DNA of 64,000 bases, taken from the NCBI GenBank assembly GCA_013239625.1, contig MU053810.1, forward strand, positions 1,809,518 to 1,873,517. Direction: 5' to 3'. A model generated the notes under the pieces. That model did no database searches. It saw only the letters and a list, made by a program, of their open reading frames with translations, and was not told the origin of the DNA. Shown one piece after another: positions 25,667 to 38,465 of the stretch. The stretch comes from Lama guanicoe (Eukaryota). A program made the translations under genes and the position numbers. How positions within the stretch are numbered: the first letter of the stretch is position 1; every line of letters begins with the position of its first letter.

Positions 25667-26101
25667 TTTGCAAAAAATATAAGGGGAAAACGGCATAAAA
25701 GATGGAGAAGAATGATGTTTCTAGATAAAGTTTCCATACAATTTATACTTTTAAGAATGAAAGAAGGCCCTATTTCTCATAGGTATTTCACACCCACCTA
25801 ACCTGCAATTTCCCCTTATTTCCTTCTCATCCCCCAGTTGCAGCTGGAGCTTTGCACACAATAAAGCAAATGTGGGGTCTGGGGCACGTCTGGCTGCACA
25901 CCAAGTGGTCATCATGGCTGGTAACTCGGGATGCTTCCCCCACGACCACCTGACACTGCCAGTCAGGGCACCGGGGCTGTGTCTGAGCACACAGGGTGCT
26001 GTCAGCAAGCCCTGGGTGTGTTTGCCTTGAAAGGGAGGTGAAGTTAGCTCAGGTCTGGAAGGAGGCAGGGGGAGGAAGACAGGTCACTAATGGTTGTCTT
26101 T

Positions 26102-26208
26102 TAGATGTAACCACATTAACCCAGACGAAGGCTAAACCAGACAGGATGCCGGGTCAACAGCGGTAAACCAGGACTGTCTCAAGCAAACAGGGACATCCGG
26201 TCACCTTG
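26102..26208 (-). mobile_element. MER94-like hAT-Blackjack MITE
   Basis: The reverse complement reads AAGGTGACCGGATGTCCCTGTTTGCTTGAGACAGTCCTGGTTTAC..., matching the MER94 left end. The other terminus is decayed (TAGATGTAACCACAT). Confidence 0.65.
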
Positions 26209-26709
26209 TCTACAGAGAACCTGTCTCACGCAGTATCAACCAAAGGTACTATCCAGCTTGGTTTGGCTGCCAGAGCGCACGCCACACTCTAAATGGTTAC
26301 CCTCTGTCTTCCTACATCACAGTTTTCGTTCTTGAGGAGTTCACCTCTATTTTAGACTTTCCTTTTCCTAAAGGAGAAATCCAGATAAGGAATTCATTCC
26401 TTCATTTCTTTGCTCATTTATTCCTGTGAAAAAATATTTTGGGGAGGTCCAGCAAAGCCAGAACCTGCTGATGATTCAGTGCAGATGAAACAGATCACTT
26501 CCCTTCTGGAAACGGGGGAGATGAATGTTAGAGGGAGAAACACACACTGACCGGGCAGAGGTGATCTGCATGGAGTTTGGCCCCTGACACAGAGGAGCCC
26601 GGTTCATGGACTCGGCGGGAAGGAAGCCGGCGCCTGAGATGTGATGTGGCCGTGTAAACCTGGATCCTTATAGAGGAAAGGTTAATACGTGAAAAGTGAA
26701 TAATTTGAA

Positions 26710-26900
26710 CACTGCTCTTCTGCTTACTAGCCATGTGACCTCAGGTAAACTATTTCAATTTTACAGTTTCCTCATCCATAATATGAAGATGATACTAGTT
26801 CATACCTGGTGTGGTTTTTTGAGAATAAAATGAGTGAATATGGGTTAAGTGCACAGAAAGATGATTAGCACATGGCAGATGCTCAAAGAAATAATTTTAG
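26710..26900 (+). mobile_element. MIR SINE
   Basis: TTACTAGCCATGTGACCTCAGGTAAAC...CAGTTTCCTCATCCATAATATG...GAGAATAAAATGAG. Confidence 0.8.
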
Positions 26901-29004
26901 AAGTATATATTCTACCTATATATTATAAAAAGCCATAAACACCTATAGACCCACATCCAAATATCAACATGTTGTACTTTATAACTTGTGTCTCTGGGCT
27001 CAAAAACATAATGTGACGTCTACCAAGATTTAGGAATCTACTTGGTCCTTTAACTGTGAAAGTTGTGTTCTTCGTTTTAAATCTAGCCCCAAATCAGGGA
27101 CTATGATCATAGAATTTCTATGGCTTGTGTCCTATGGTTCACAGAAGCTGAGGTGCAATGTAGACACAGCAAGAAGACAAATGATTCTATGCTTCCAACT
27201 AAGAAGGGATCTTTAAATGCCAAGATGAGAAAAAAGGAGAAATCTGCCACACTCCCAAACCTTCAAGATCTTTCCTCATATTCCCCTGCTGGGTTTATTC
27301 TTTCTACACACCCTTTGCAAGATGCCAGACTCTTCCATTCCAGCATTTACCGTCATCTCCCAGCATCCTTCTTAGTTTCAAATCCCATTTGCGTTCTTTT
27401 TTCTAATGGAAATAACACTCACGCTGTGTCCTCTGCCTTGGGGGCTGTGTCTGTCACATGTGTCTACTTATGGGGTTTATTTTATCCTTTGTCTCATCAA
27501 CTTGCTCTAAGCATTCTGTTTTCTGAGAAGCACCACGTGAGCATCGATGCTCACCTTTTCCAGCTTTTCCTGCCGGAAATTAAGAAATGAGTACTCAGCC
27601 CTGTAAAGTAATCTTGGGAGTTTACCACTATTGTAATGAGAGTCCTACTGTTCTTAACTTGGCGAGAGGCTTTCTTAAAAGAGTAAATATTTCCCCTTCT
27701 CTTTTTTTTGAATCAAGGGAATATAGCTGTTTCGCTTAGTAATGCTTTCTTTGGGGAGTATTTTCTGTTTTCCAAGAGGAAAAATGTAATTCCAAAACCT
27801 TAAATGGGCCATCAAATGCTGAGACTTGCCTTAGGCATTTTGCTAAAACCCATTCCCCAAAAAGCTAACCACAAATCAGAAAAGGACACAAGAGTGTCTG
27901 AGGGGAGTCGACAGGTCACTCCACTAAGGAGATCAAAAGATGGATACGTGGAAGCCTTTAGTGTCATCTGTAGAAAGGTTAAGACAATGTGGCCATGTGC
28001 CACAGCTATTTAGGAAAATGATTAAATGTCCCACAAATATGTGCTCTGGAATGCATCTGCTGCCAGTGAACACCTCCATCTGTCCCCCAAAGGACAGCAG
28101 GGACAGATACCGGAACAGCACAGATTTTAAAGTGTAGAGATTGAAAATGACATTCCCTGTCTGCTTTAGGAAGTAATTTCAAGGAAATCTAAGCAGACTA
28201 TCCTGATCATTCTCTTTTCTACCCATTTCAAAAGGTCACTTCCTTCTCATGTTATCAGAATTCCTCTTGGAGTGTTCTTTCTCTGCCGCGTCCTCCCCTA
28301 ATTCTTCCCCAACCCTCCCCTCCAAGTCTGACTTCTGCTTCCAAGATACCCAGCAGTTCATAACACTCATCCCACTGACCATTCTTCCCTCTTACCTGAT
28401 ACTATGACCTGATATGCGATACTTTTGTCTGTAACCTCCTCTTCCTGGGGCCCCTCCATCCATCTCACAGTGGCTCTGAGAGATGGTACTTTCCCTCTGC
28501 TTGTCTCTCTTTCCTTGGCTGATTCTGCCTCGTTGGTGTCTTTCCCACATCCCTTACCCTCACACAGCTCACACCAGACCACTTCCTTCCAAAATCTCAG
28601 CCAGTTTATTGGCTTCAACCCCCTAAAAAAATGCCCATATTTGTATCTAACTTCACTCTCTCTCCCGGGATTCAGTCTACCTCTCTCCCTGCATCCTAGA
28701 AGATGCTGTTTCATTTTTCAGTTTTATTATGTAGACTTGTTACAAGTTGACTGCACATGTACAATATATTGCATGTAAATACTTCTGTATAATACACTGC
28801 ACTATTTTTTTTGTTTACGTATATGTACTGATCATTGTTTTTAGAACAGTTTATAGTTTCAGCTTTTTAAACTTACATGGTTATTAAAGAAATAAAGCCA
28901 ACCACAAAATAAGAATCAACAGAATGTGGTAATCCAATCATAAGGGTCAGTCAAATGTGCTTGCACATATTCAAGAAATCAGTCATCTAAGTTATAAATA
29001 ATAA

Positions 29005-29082
29005 GTAGTTCATTTGTGTCCTTTTTTTTTTTTGATTCCACATATAAGCGACATCATACGTCATTTTTCTTTCTCTTCCTGG
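29005..29082 (-). mobile_element. Short L1 3'-region fragment
   Basis: GTTCATTTGTGTCCTTTTTTTTTTTTGATTCCACATATAAGCGACATCATACG is the reverse of the L1 ORF2-end region. Confidence 0.7.
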
Positions 29083-29697
29083 TCCTAAAGGATGCTTTTA
29101 ACTTCCTCTTCCTCCTAAGCCATTTGTCGCTCTGCACGTCCTAACTTCTGGCAATGGCAGTACCCAAATTTGCAGACTTATTTGTGTTAAGCTCTTATGG
29201 TTCTTGCCTTCTTTCTCTTCTTGATTTGCATTCACTAAGCATTTCTTTCCCCCTATGTTCAAACTCCTGAATCATCTTTCAGTTGGCTCCAGTGCTTCCA
29301 CTCTCTCTCCATGTGTTTATCTGAGCCAACAGTCTCTAAATGCCAGAGGGTCAAAGAAGACCAAGACAGGGCACCTGGTCTGAGGAAGCTTTCAGTCCAA
29401 GGCAGGGGCAGGAGTTGCGGAGGGGTGGAAAATTACATTTATAATTTTCTGAACAATTTTAAAAAGTAATAACAGGGTGAAAAAAAGGGATAGACTCTAG
29501 TCATTTAAGTCACTGTCAGAAGTCAGGCAAAGGTCTCCAGGGAAGGTGAATTTGGAAGGAAGTTTTAAATGACAAATATAAGACAGATATAAAGAGAAAT
29601 GAGAAGAGATGGCATACTTAAAGCTGGGTTGCTTTGGAGAATCTGTACAAATTTACGGCTAGAGTAAAGGGTGCATCCAAGAGACTAGAGAGTGGGT

Positions 29698-30113
29698 TGC
29701 ATCATTAGAGCCCCAGGAAGAAGAGCTGGTGTTCATAGAAGGCTTTACGTGAACGGAATCTAACAAGGGGACCATACACGTGAAAAGGAAGGGTGCTAAC
29801 CAGGGCGCTCTCACAACCACAGGGAGCCATTCACACCCACTGGCCAGAGCAGCCAGGGAAAGGAGCCGTGTCACTGGACTTGGGGTGAGTCATAGAAGAG
29901 GATCCAGGCTGGGAGCCACCAGCAGTGGGACCGGCAGAGTGAGGAGTAAGGAAGGCGACCCTTCTCTCACCTCGTCTGCTCTCCTGCCAGTGCTTGTTAG
30001 GCATAAGCAGTCAGAACCCGAAGAGCAAGGAAGCCTAAAGTCCCACCAGGCCAGCCTTCCCCAACACACAGCCCAGGGTGGGAGTGGCTACGAGGTGAGG
30101 GTGGTGGAAACAT
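29698..30113 (-). mobile_element. LTR33-like ERVL LTR, diverged
   Basis: CTCTCCTGCCAGTGCTT...CAGAACCCGAAGAGCAAGGAAGCC...GGCCAGCCTTCCCCAACACACAGCCCAGGGTGGGAG resembles reverse LTR33. Confidence 0.6.
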
Positions 30114-30934
30114 AGTAAGTATTTCTGTGTAGGTCATGCTGTAGTTTGCAACTCTGGCTTGTTCAGGCATTGTGATTTGTAATGCTCTCCACTTGAAATC
30201 TATATTGGATCTATTTTTTTTTCATGTTTTGACATCTTTATCCTATTTAAGATGAAATAGGATGAAATAGGATAAAACAAATCATGTACAAGCTGATGAA
30301 TTTCATGTGCATGTAATTTTTAAATGTATTTTAAGAACATGTTATGAGATTATTCCTTTGGGGAGTATGTCCCTAATCCTTCAGGGTTTTATCAGTGTAT
30401 ATGCCTTTAGGGTTAGATCAGTGTTACCAGCAATAGTTTCTAACTTTCCATTCCATTATTTGGCTTAATTTTTACGTTTTGGTGTGTTACAATAGAAATC
30501 TGGGCCAAACACTTTCTTTTCCTGGCATCTTCCCCAAACTGTCTACTTTTCTGTATGGTATGAAGTAATGAAAGTGGGGAGCAAAATCACAACTAAGTGA
30601 GAAGGGTTGTCTCATTTGATAAATGGGGTAAATGTGAACAGAATTCAATCTACTTGACAAATGGGTCTAATTTCACTAGTGTCCTGTGTCTGGCGGATTT
30701 CACTTGGTAAGAACATTAGGGTTTGCAGGCTTTCTTGCCTCAGTGTGTAGAAAAGAATCCAGAAGGTGACTCCTGGCCTTTCCGTTGAAATTTCCCCAAG
30801 ATTTCAATGAATAATGAGATACCACGCTCTGTCTAACAAATTGACAGATGCGTTAAAAATCAGCATTGTGATATTTTAGGGATTTGCAGGGATAAAAGGA
30901 GGGGAGAGAGGGTGGGGGGATGGGTCACATACCG

Positions 30935-31345
30935 AAGGGCTCAGGATGGAGTCGGATTTCTCAGCGACTATCCCAAAAGATAGAAGAGAATGGAAAATTA
31001 CCTTCCAAGTGAATAAGGAATGATTTACAACCTAGAATTCTATTTCCAGTCGAATAATAAATCAAGGGGGAGTGTTGACTAGACATTTTCAGACCTGCCA
31101 GTTCTCAAAGCAACGGATTCCCCGTGGATCCCTTTCCAGCCTTTTGGAAGGTATGTTCCAACAAAATGAGAAAATAAAGAAGGGACAGAGAGAGAGACAG
31201 AGAGATGAGAGAGGATAGAAAAAGAGAGAGAGAGAGACACACACACAGAAAAGAAGGAAAAGGATTTCCATGACAAGGCTAAAAAAAAACCAAACTGTAC
31301 AGAAAGCTAAGGGTGCACCCAATTCAAGTGGAAAATGAGGCATTA
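30935..31345 (+). mobile_element. HAL1 / L1 ORF1-like fragment
   Basis: GAATGATTTACAACCTAGAATTCTATTTCCAGTC...AGACATTTTCAGACCTGCCAGTTCTCAAAG resembles the HAL1 ORF1 3' region. Confidence 0.7.
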
Positions 31346-31379
31346 ACACTCTTGGTGATATGTCTGCAGGGCTAAAACA

Positions 31380-31380
<1 letters not shown>

Positions 31381-31437
<57 letters not shown>

Positions 31438-31456
31438 TAACAATAACAACAACAAC
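31381..31456. repeat. (TAA)n microsatellite grading into (CAA)n
   Basis: Seen directly. Confidence 0.95.
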
Positions 31457-31599
31457 TGACTTGTGGCCTGATATGTTCCATTTTGTGAGAGGTAGCTAGT
31501 CTAACACAATCTATTTCAGAAAATTAATTTAAAGACAATTTAATCAACCCATATCTGGCTAGAATAATGTTAGTATATGCACAAAGTCATAGATTAATA

Positions 31600-32410
31600 T
31601 CATCTAGGAATATAGTTGCAAAAATGGGATATATTAGTGAATGAATCCAACAAAATAGTAAAAACAGCATGGCTAATTAGTATTTATTTTAGAAATTCAA
31701 AGATAGTTCAACTATTAGGCAATATTTTTATATAATCAGCCATTGGAGCAGATTAAATAAGAAAATTGGGGAGACGGTATAGCTCAGTGGTAGAGTTCCC
31801 GCTGAGCATGCATGAGGTCCTGGGTTCGATCCCTACTATCTCCATTAAAAAAAATGAATAAAGAAAATTTATTTTTTAAAAAAGAAAATCATATGATGAT
31901 TCCAAAAGAGAAAGAAAAAGCATTTCATAAAATTCAACATTCATGAATAATTTTTTAAAAAACTAAAGAACATGCTAAACATGTGTCTTAAAGTGGACTT
32001 GTATCCAGAATATTTCAAGAACTCTTTATATTTAATAATAATAATTCCAATTAAAAATTAGGTACATCTGAACAGACGCTTAAGTGGAAAAGAGACACGA
32101 AAAGAAAGTAAAGACAAGATATGATGCTTAACTTCATTAGTTATTAGGGGAAAGGCACGTTAAAAATACAGTATTACTGCACTTCCTGAATGGCTAAAAT
32201 ATTTTTTTTTAATATAGGCAATTCCAAGTGTTGGCCCAGTTGTTACTCCTGTGCCTTACTGGCGAGAATGCAAAATGTTACAGCCACTTTGAAAAAAGTT
32301 TGACAGCTTTTTATAAGTTTAACTTAAACGTATCACACAGCCCACCAGTCATGTTCCCAAGCAGTCAAAAGAAATAAAAACATGCACCCACAAGAGACTT
32401 GTATGAAAAC
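31600..32410 (+). mobile_element. Old L1M ORF2 / 3' fragments, interrupted by a SINE
   Basis: AGAAAATCATATGATGATT...GAAAAAGCATTTCATAAAATTCAACA (RT region) and GGACTTGTATCCAGAATAT...TCATTAGTTATTAGGGG...CAGCCACTTTGAAAAAAGTTTGACAG. Confidence 0.75.
31768..31881 (+). mobile_element. tRNA-derived SINE (camelid Vic-1-like)
   Basis: GGGGAGACGGTATAGCTCAGTGGTAGAG (A box)...GGTCCTGGGTTCGATCCC (B box), A-rich tail, TSD AAGAAAAT. Confidence 0.85.
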
Positions 32411-33435
32411 CCAAAGCCATTCTTTCTGGCTGAACGCTTAGAATCACAAATTAACTATTGAAAATAATTAGTATATTTTTAATAAATTTGTAAACCTAAT
32501 CAAGGAAAAGGCAAATAAGAGAAATTGAATTATCTTGCAAAGAAGCATCCAATTCTACAAAGAAATATTGGGGAGAAACCATAGGTACTTATAAGTCACT
32601 GATTCTACAACACAAAATTGCATTTTGTTCATATTCAAAGGCTATTTTCCCCCATTGTTTGTCACTACAGTATTTAACTCTTCCATTGTACCTATGCCAA
32701 GATCTCTTCCTAAGTAAAACTTGACACATGGAATATTTCTTTTAAGTTGGTTATCCAAGTACATATCTGTTTCAGTTATCCAAGTACAAAAAGGGTCAAA
32801 ACTTGTGGTTAAAATGGGAAAAAAAAAATACACCCTATTTTCTATGTGTGCATTACTCTCAATCATATGTGCCAGAAAACAAACAAACTAACAAACAAAC
32901 AAAAAACACCTTCTGGTTGAGAAAAAGCATGAAAAATAGCAACCCCAAATCTAAAGGCTAATATTTCTGAAGGCGGAATGCATCAAAATATCAAAATATT
33001 TTGAAGACTACTGTTTATCCATAAGCTCTTTGGTTTATTCCACAGTCCTATTATCTGAAACATTATATATACAGAAGCACATATATACACAAAAATATTT
33101 TTCAAAACTTGTGGTAGAAAACAGATGAGGAACATACATTACAGAGCCAGACTTACTGAGAGTCCACTTTTTGCAACGTTATGTTGTATTAACTCAATAG
33201 TTATCTAAATGTTGCTGGATTTCATTTTCTCCCATCCCTGAAATTAGCATATTAGAAAGAGTTTGCATGTATCTATTTATCTATTTTAAATGTATTTACA
33301 TTTATCTTATTAGAAAGAAAATGGGATCTAAAAAATTCAATATTAATTAATAAATTAACTTATCCTGTCCCTCTGACAATTCAGGAAGCTGTATGAAAGC
33401 TGTCTGGTCTGTAAAAGTCACCCAAAAATGTTTGT

Positions 33436-33961
33436 CCCTTGGAAACAGCCTAAATGTCCATCAACAAATGACTGGATAAAGAAGATGTGGTATATTTATA
33501 CAATGGAATACTATTCAGCCATAAACCCCGACAACATAACACCATTTGCAGCAACATGGATGTTCCCGGAGAATGTCATTCTAAGTGAAGTAAGCCAGAA
33601 AGAGAAAGAAAAATACCATATGAAATTGCTCATATGCGGAATCTAAAAAAACCAAAATATAAAAAACAAAAAACCCATAAATACATAACAGAAATAGACT
33701 CATAGACATAGAATACAAACTTGTGGTTGCCAAGGGGGCAGGGGGTGGGGAGGGACAGACTGTGATTTCAAAATGTAGAACAGATAAACGAGATTATACT
33801 GTATAGCACAGGGAAGTATATACAAGATCTTATGGGAGCTCACAGAGAAAAAAATGTGACAATGGAAATATGTATGTTCATGTATAACTGAAAAATTATG
33901 CTCTACACTCGAATTTGACACCATATTGTAAAATGATTATAAATCAATAAAAAATGTTAAA
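33436..33961 (+). mobile_element. Relatively young 5'-truncated L1 (ORF2 C-terminus, 3' UTR and poly(A))
   Basis: ORF 33428-33646 encodes the L1 ORF2p C-terminus (WKQPKCPSTNDWIKKMWYIYTMEYYSA). AATAAA plus A tail. TSD AAAAATGTTTGT at 33424-33435 and 33962-33973. Confidence 0.93.
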
Positions 33962-34050
33962 AAAAATGTTTGTACTTCTCATCTTCTTACTGAAAAACAA
34001 AAAGATATAACGTTTTGTATCTATGAAAGTTGTGCAAAGGTGCATTTCTT

Positions 34051-34134
34051 TTTTTTTATATATAAGTATAGTTGAATTACAATATCATATTAGTTTCAGG
34101 TGTACAGCACAGTGATTCAGTATTTTTGCAGATT
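34051..34134 (-). mobile_element. Very short L1 3' tail insertion
   Basis: Poly-T followed by AAGTATAGTTGAATTACAATATCATATTAGTTTCAGGTGTACAGCACAGTGATTCAG. 15-bp TSD AAAGGTGCATTTCTT (34036-34050) / AAAGATGCATTTCTT (34135-34149). Confidence 0.88.
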
Positions 34135-35311
34135 AAAGATGCATTTCTTAAAATACATAATATAAAATTTGAAGATTTTTTAGGGTTTCACAATACAGAA
34201 TTCTTTCTTCATATCAATGCACCCTTGACAATAACCCAGTTCTTTATGTAAGAAGCATCTGGTAAAGAGCAAAAACCAATTTATTTCTTAAAAGGACTTT
34301 CATTCACACGGCCCTTTACAAGGTGCATTTAGTGCCTGTTTATTCACGTATAATATCACTACCCACTGAGAAAATGTCTTAGATAAGTAGTATTTCTCCT
34401 CTCACCACTTGACTTTTCCTTAATTATGCTGTTTTGTATATGGCATTACTTTATGAAACAATTGATTATTTTTGTTAAAAAAAGGTAACAATTGCTACCA
34501 CTGCTTCACAGAGCACTTTTGAGCTGTTTGCTCTAACATCACCTTCAACAGGACAACCTGGGATGCTAAGGACTGGCCGCCCTACAGATCAGCACCTGAT
34601 CTGATCCTGTGGGACTAGGGTGGCCTAGGACTGTGCATTCTAAACAGTCCCTCAGAGTATGCAGACAAACACCGATGCTCATAAATGCTTCTTCGGCATT
34701 TATGTCCGTGTGGTAAACAAGACGGTTACTACAGATACCTCCCTCCGCTGCTCGTGGAACTGTTAGTGCTATTCTATCACAGACATTAAAGACTGAGGGT
34801 CCCTACGGTAATTCTTTCATCAAATATTGATAGGTATTCTTTGGGGGGGTAATGCATCCAAAATCGGAGCATTCAGCCACATGAATACTCAATAAATCAC
34901 CAAAATATGCGTGAACTTTCTAAATACCAAGAAAAAGCCTACTTTGAGAAACTCTAGTACAGCAGGTTTCTTCATGCAGATTCACTGCTGGTTACGACCA
35001 TCTTTAGAGCAGGCCTAGCCAATGATTTTATTAAGATGCCAGGCCACATGTCCCAACACCAAAGGGATGTATCTTCAGAAAGTTTCACTCCAGCCAGCAG
35101 AATCCATCCTGTTTGTAACTTACTAAACACCACTGGACCACTGCACTTCAAGGAGAAGATCTGGTTTGGGAACCCCTGATTCAGGTTTTTCTGTGCTTTG
35201 ATCATCATGGTGAAATGTTTGCCCCTTCCAGTTCTTTGTACTGGATTTGTGTTTTAGAATAGACACGGCTGGAAGAAAAAGACATCCGATCACAAAGGAA
35301 ATTCTTCTTTT

Positions 35312-35494
35312 GGGGGAAGGGTGTAGTTCAAGTGTTTGAATGCATGCTTAGCATGCATGGGGTCCTGGGTTCAGTCCCCAGTACCTCCTCTAAAAATAAA
35401 CAAACCTAATTACTTCCCCCACCACATCAAAATCAAATAGTTAAATAATACAATAATAGAAATAAATAAAATATTAAAAATGAATTTAAAAAAA
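35312..35494 (+). mobile_element. tRNA-derived SINE (camelid Vic-1-like)
   Basis: GGGGGAAGGGTGTAGTTCAAGTG...TGCATGCTTAGCATGCATGGGGTCCTGGGTTCAGTCCCCAGTACCTCC. TSD GAAATTCTTCTTT at 35298-35310 and 35495-35507. Confidence 0.9.
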
Positions 35495-37884
35495 GAAATT
35501 CTTCTTTGCAAGGGAGCAGCATTGAAGTAGGCTTGTCTCTAGTCTGGAAGAAATAACCATCAGTACACACCCTTCTGTCTGCACAAACAGCATGACGATT
35601 TCCAATCCGGCTTCCTGGGTACCTGAGTCTCGGGAAAGCAGTGGCTCTGCACCTAATTGTAACTGGAAAGCAGGTGTTCTGCTGTGACTGTCCATTTGAT
35701 TTTTTTAAGTTCCATGAGGTTTAAAGGTGGGAGTGGTTCAGAAGAGATTCTCTAGCTAATGAAATACTTGCGATGTCTTGGAGAGGGGTTACATTTGGAC
35801 AGGCAAAGATGGAATGCCTTTCCGGAAAAGAGGAAACGATACAAGAAAAGGCACCGAGGGAGGTGATACAGACTGCTGAAGTTGGGGGAGATGGTCTGTT
35901 TTATGTTTGGAGTCAGAGATTCTGTGGAGGTATAAGTGGGAAATGGTCCAGCAGGCACGTGGGGCATGAACCTGGAGGGGGAGAGGGAGCGGCAGACAAG
36001 ATGGAGATGCAGGTGTGGCAGTTACTGATCCGCACGTTTCTGCTGCTGGGCGCCAGGAAGCCTTCTCGAACCAGGCTCAGAGCGCATCTTCCTTTCTGCC
36101 CTGAGTGATCACCAGGTCCTCCTCCTGTCCTTCTGCAGAGAACCACACTTTCTCCCACACGCAGTGGTTTTCTCTCCCCTCATACTTTCCATCTCCTCTC
36201 TGTAGCCTTCGGACAAGTAGAACTCAGCCTCCGCACACAGTTCCTTTCTCTGACCTCTGATTTTAAGGATGTTTCTCATTTTCGCAGGGAAGCAGACAGC
36301 TGCCCGGGGCTCAGCGCTTGCTGGGCTCTTACAGCGACGACTCCTGGTCTACAATTTCCGACTTCCTCTGGGCAGATCAACAGGGCGCTTCCATGAGCCC
36401 TCAGCTCTGCACGTCTTTTCCTGACCTTTGGCTCATGATACGTTTTCCCTCCCAGCCCAAGAGAAGGCTGGAACCCCTCTTCTTAGCCTCCAGGTGAACC
36501 CCGGGCTGCAAATGTTGGCACCAGGAGACCAGCCAGACTGCGTTTGCTAAGAACCTGCGTCCTCATCCAGAAAGCAGTCCAATCTCCCACCTCCGCCGCA
36601 CCCGCCCTGGCCTTTCCCACCGAAATGAGTGGCCTCTTCCAACAAAAGTCTACACGTTTTATTTCTGAATACCCCCAGCTTTCCAAAGTAAGGACTTCTC
36701 ATTCTAGGACACAGAACATCTGGAATTAAAACATCCTTGACTCAAAAACACTGCCTTCCAACAGCCACACCCTGCAACCTAACCCGGAAAACAGAGCTGT
36801 GTTTCAGTATTTCCCCTTCGGAAATTATTGTTTGTCTGGTGTTCCTGCTACTAAGGTAAAAAAGTAGTCACAGTGCTATGAAGAATTCAAATACAGTTAC
36901 TTCCCATCTTCACGGAATGAAGGCCCAATATGTAACCTGTCTAGCCACAAAAATCTCTTAAATGTGTTTTTCTGTGATTCTCCCAATAACCACCACACAA
37001 TTTCCTGAACAGTCCCAGTGTTAACTCAATGCAGATTCTTCACATTTTAGGAAAAATATGGATGAGAAGAAGAAAATAAAAGTGGCCGGACTTTGTGTGT
37101 GTGTGTTTGCTGTATCTGTTTCCCCACTGGCATCCTGTATTGCTTTCAAGTGGTCTGTTACACCGCATCTTGAGGTACTGAGCATAAAAACTTTCCTTAG
37201 ATGTGTTTATCCAGAGCTATGACGTTTCATCTCTTTCCACTACAACGTGCGTGTAAATAAGATGTAGTGGTTGTCAAGACTAACAGGTTTATCTTATGCT
37301 AAAATGCATAATTTAATAGGCTCCCTCATGAAGGGTGACTTATAAAGCAGACATTTATCCAGTGATGCACAGTTTCTGTGTTTTCTTCAAAATTTAAAGC
37401 CACTGGATGTGCTGGGCTTGTACTTTGTAGAAAAACCTTGTAAGGTTGTCAGAAATTAGAAGAGAAGGGAAGTTGAGGTTTTATTACTGCTTTCGCACTA
37501 TGGACAAGGGGCTGAAACACACAAGGCCTCTGGGTCCAAATGAGCTGAGGATTGGCCAGGGACAAGTCCAGGGACCTTCTGCATGTGTGACTTGGCACTT
37601 ACAATCTTTGAGTCCTGATGCACTGTCCTGTAAAACCAGAAACCAGAGGGTCATTTTAAGTCTCAGATGAAAGAATGAAAGAGTTTTTTGTAAACTGTAA
37701 CATACTATGGAAAAGTAGGCTCATTCTGCTATGGGGTCAGTATTTCACTTCCTTTCTTATACGTCTGAATTCACGAGCTGGCATGGTTCTCTGGGTCCCT
37801 GGTGGACAGCAATGCCACAGAAGCAAGTCACTATATAGAGGTTCAGCTATTTTGTAATCATCTATGGAATAAAAAAAAAAATAC

Positions 37885-38270
37885 TGCTGTGTGGGGTGCC
37901 ATCCAGATGGTGCCTTCAGGACCCAGGCACCCACTTCCCCATCTGCTGTGAGTGTGGCTGCTGGCAGCTGAAAGCTAAGTCCCCCTCCAGGAATTGCCCG
38001 CATCAGCAGGAGACCGCCCTCCCAGAGCAGCCTGCGTCCAAGGACCAGCCCATGTACCGGTACAAAGGCCCTGCCCCTTGTGCCACCACTGGGAGTGTCT
38101 CCCAATTTGAGGACTCTGTGGGGTCAGCAGCGGCCCCTTCACAGGGGCATCATCACAGCCCGGGGTCTCCCTCTGCCCGATCCTCCCTCCCACACCTCCT
38201 TATGGGGATCATTCCCAGGTGCACCATCTAAAAAAGTCTCCTGTTTGAAATCTCCGCCTGAGGACTTGGT
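37885..38270 (+). mobile_element. LTR16-family ERVL LTR
   Basis: CCCCATCTGCTGTGAGTGTGGCTGCTGGCAGCT...GGAATTGCCC...GGTACAAAGGCCCTGCCCCTTG...CTCTGCCCGATCCTCCCTCCC matches the LTR16 pattern. Confidence 0.75.
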
Positions 38271-38324
38271 GTCTTTTAAAAGCTCTCCAAGTAAATCGAA
38301 CATCCATCAGGGCTGGAAATGGAA

Positions 38325-38465
38325 GTTTAACCTTTCCAAGCCCCAGTTTTTTCATTTGGCAATTGGAGTAACAACTCCCTTGGAGAGTTTTTGTTAGAAG
38401 AGATACATAATGTGATCATACAACATCTGGAACATTGCAGGTACTCAGTAACTGTTGGTTGTAAT
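38325..38465 (+). mobile_element. MIR fragment
   Basis: TTTAACCTTTCCAAGCCCCAGTTTTTTCATTTGGCAATTGGAGTAACAAC...GGTACTCAGTAACTGTTGG. Confidence 0.65.

Noticed and set aside
31089..31481. Poly-tyrosine ORF on the minus strand
   Set aside because: Translation of the (TAA)n microsatellite and HAL1 remnant.
31768..31845. tRNA-like sequences (also at 35312, 50610, 60069)
   Set aside because: A and B boxes are present, but they have A-rich tails and TSDs and lack a proper acceptor stem. These are SINE heads, not tRNA genes.
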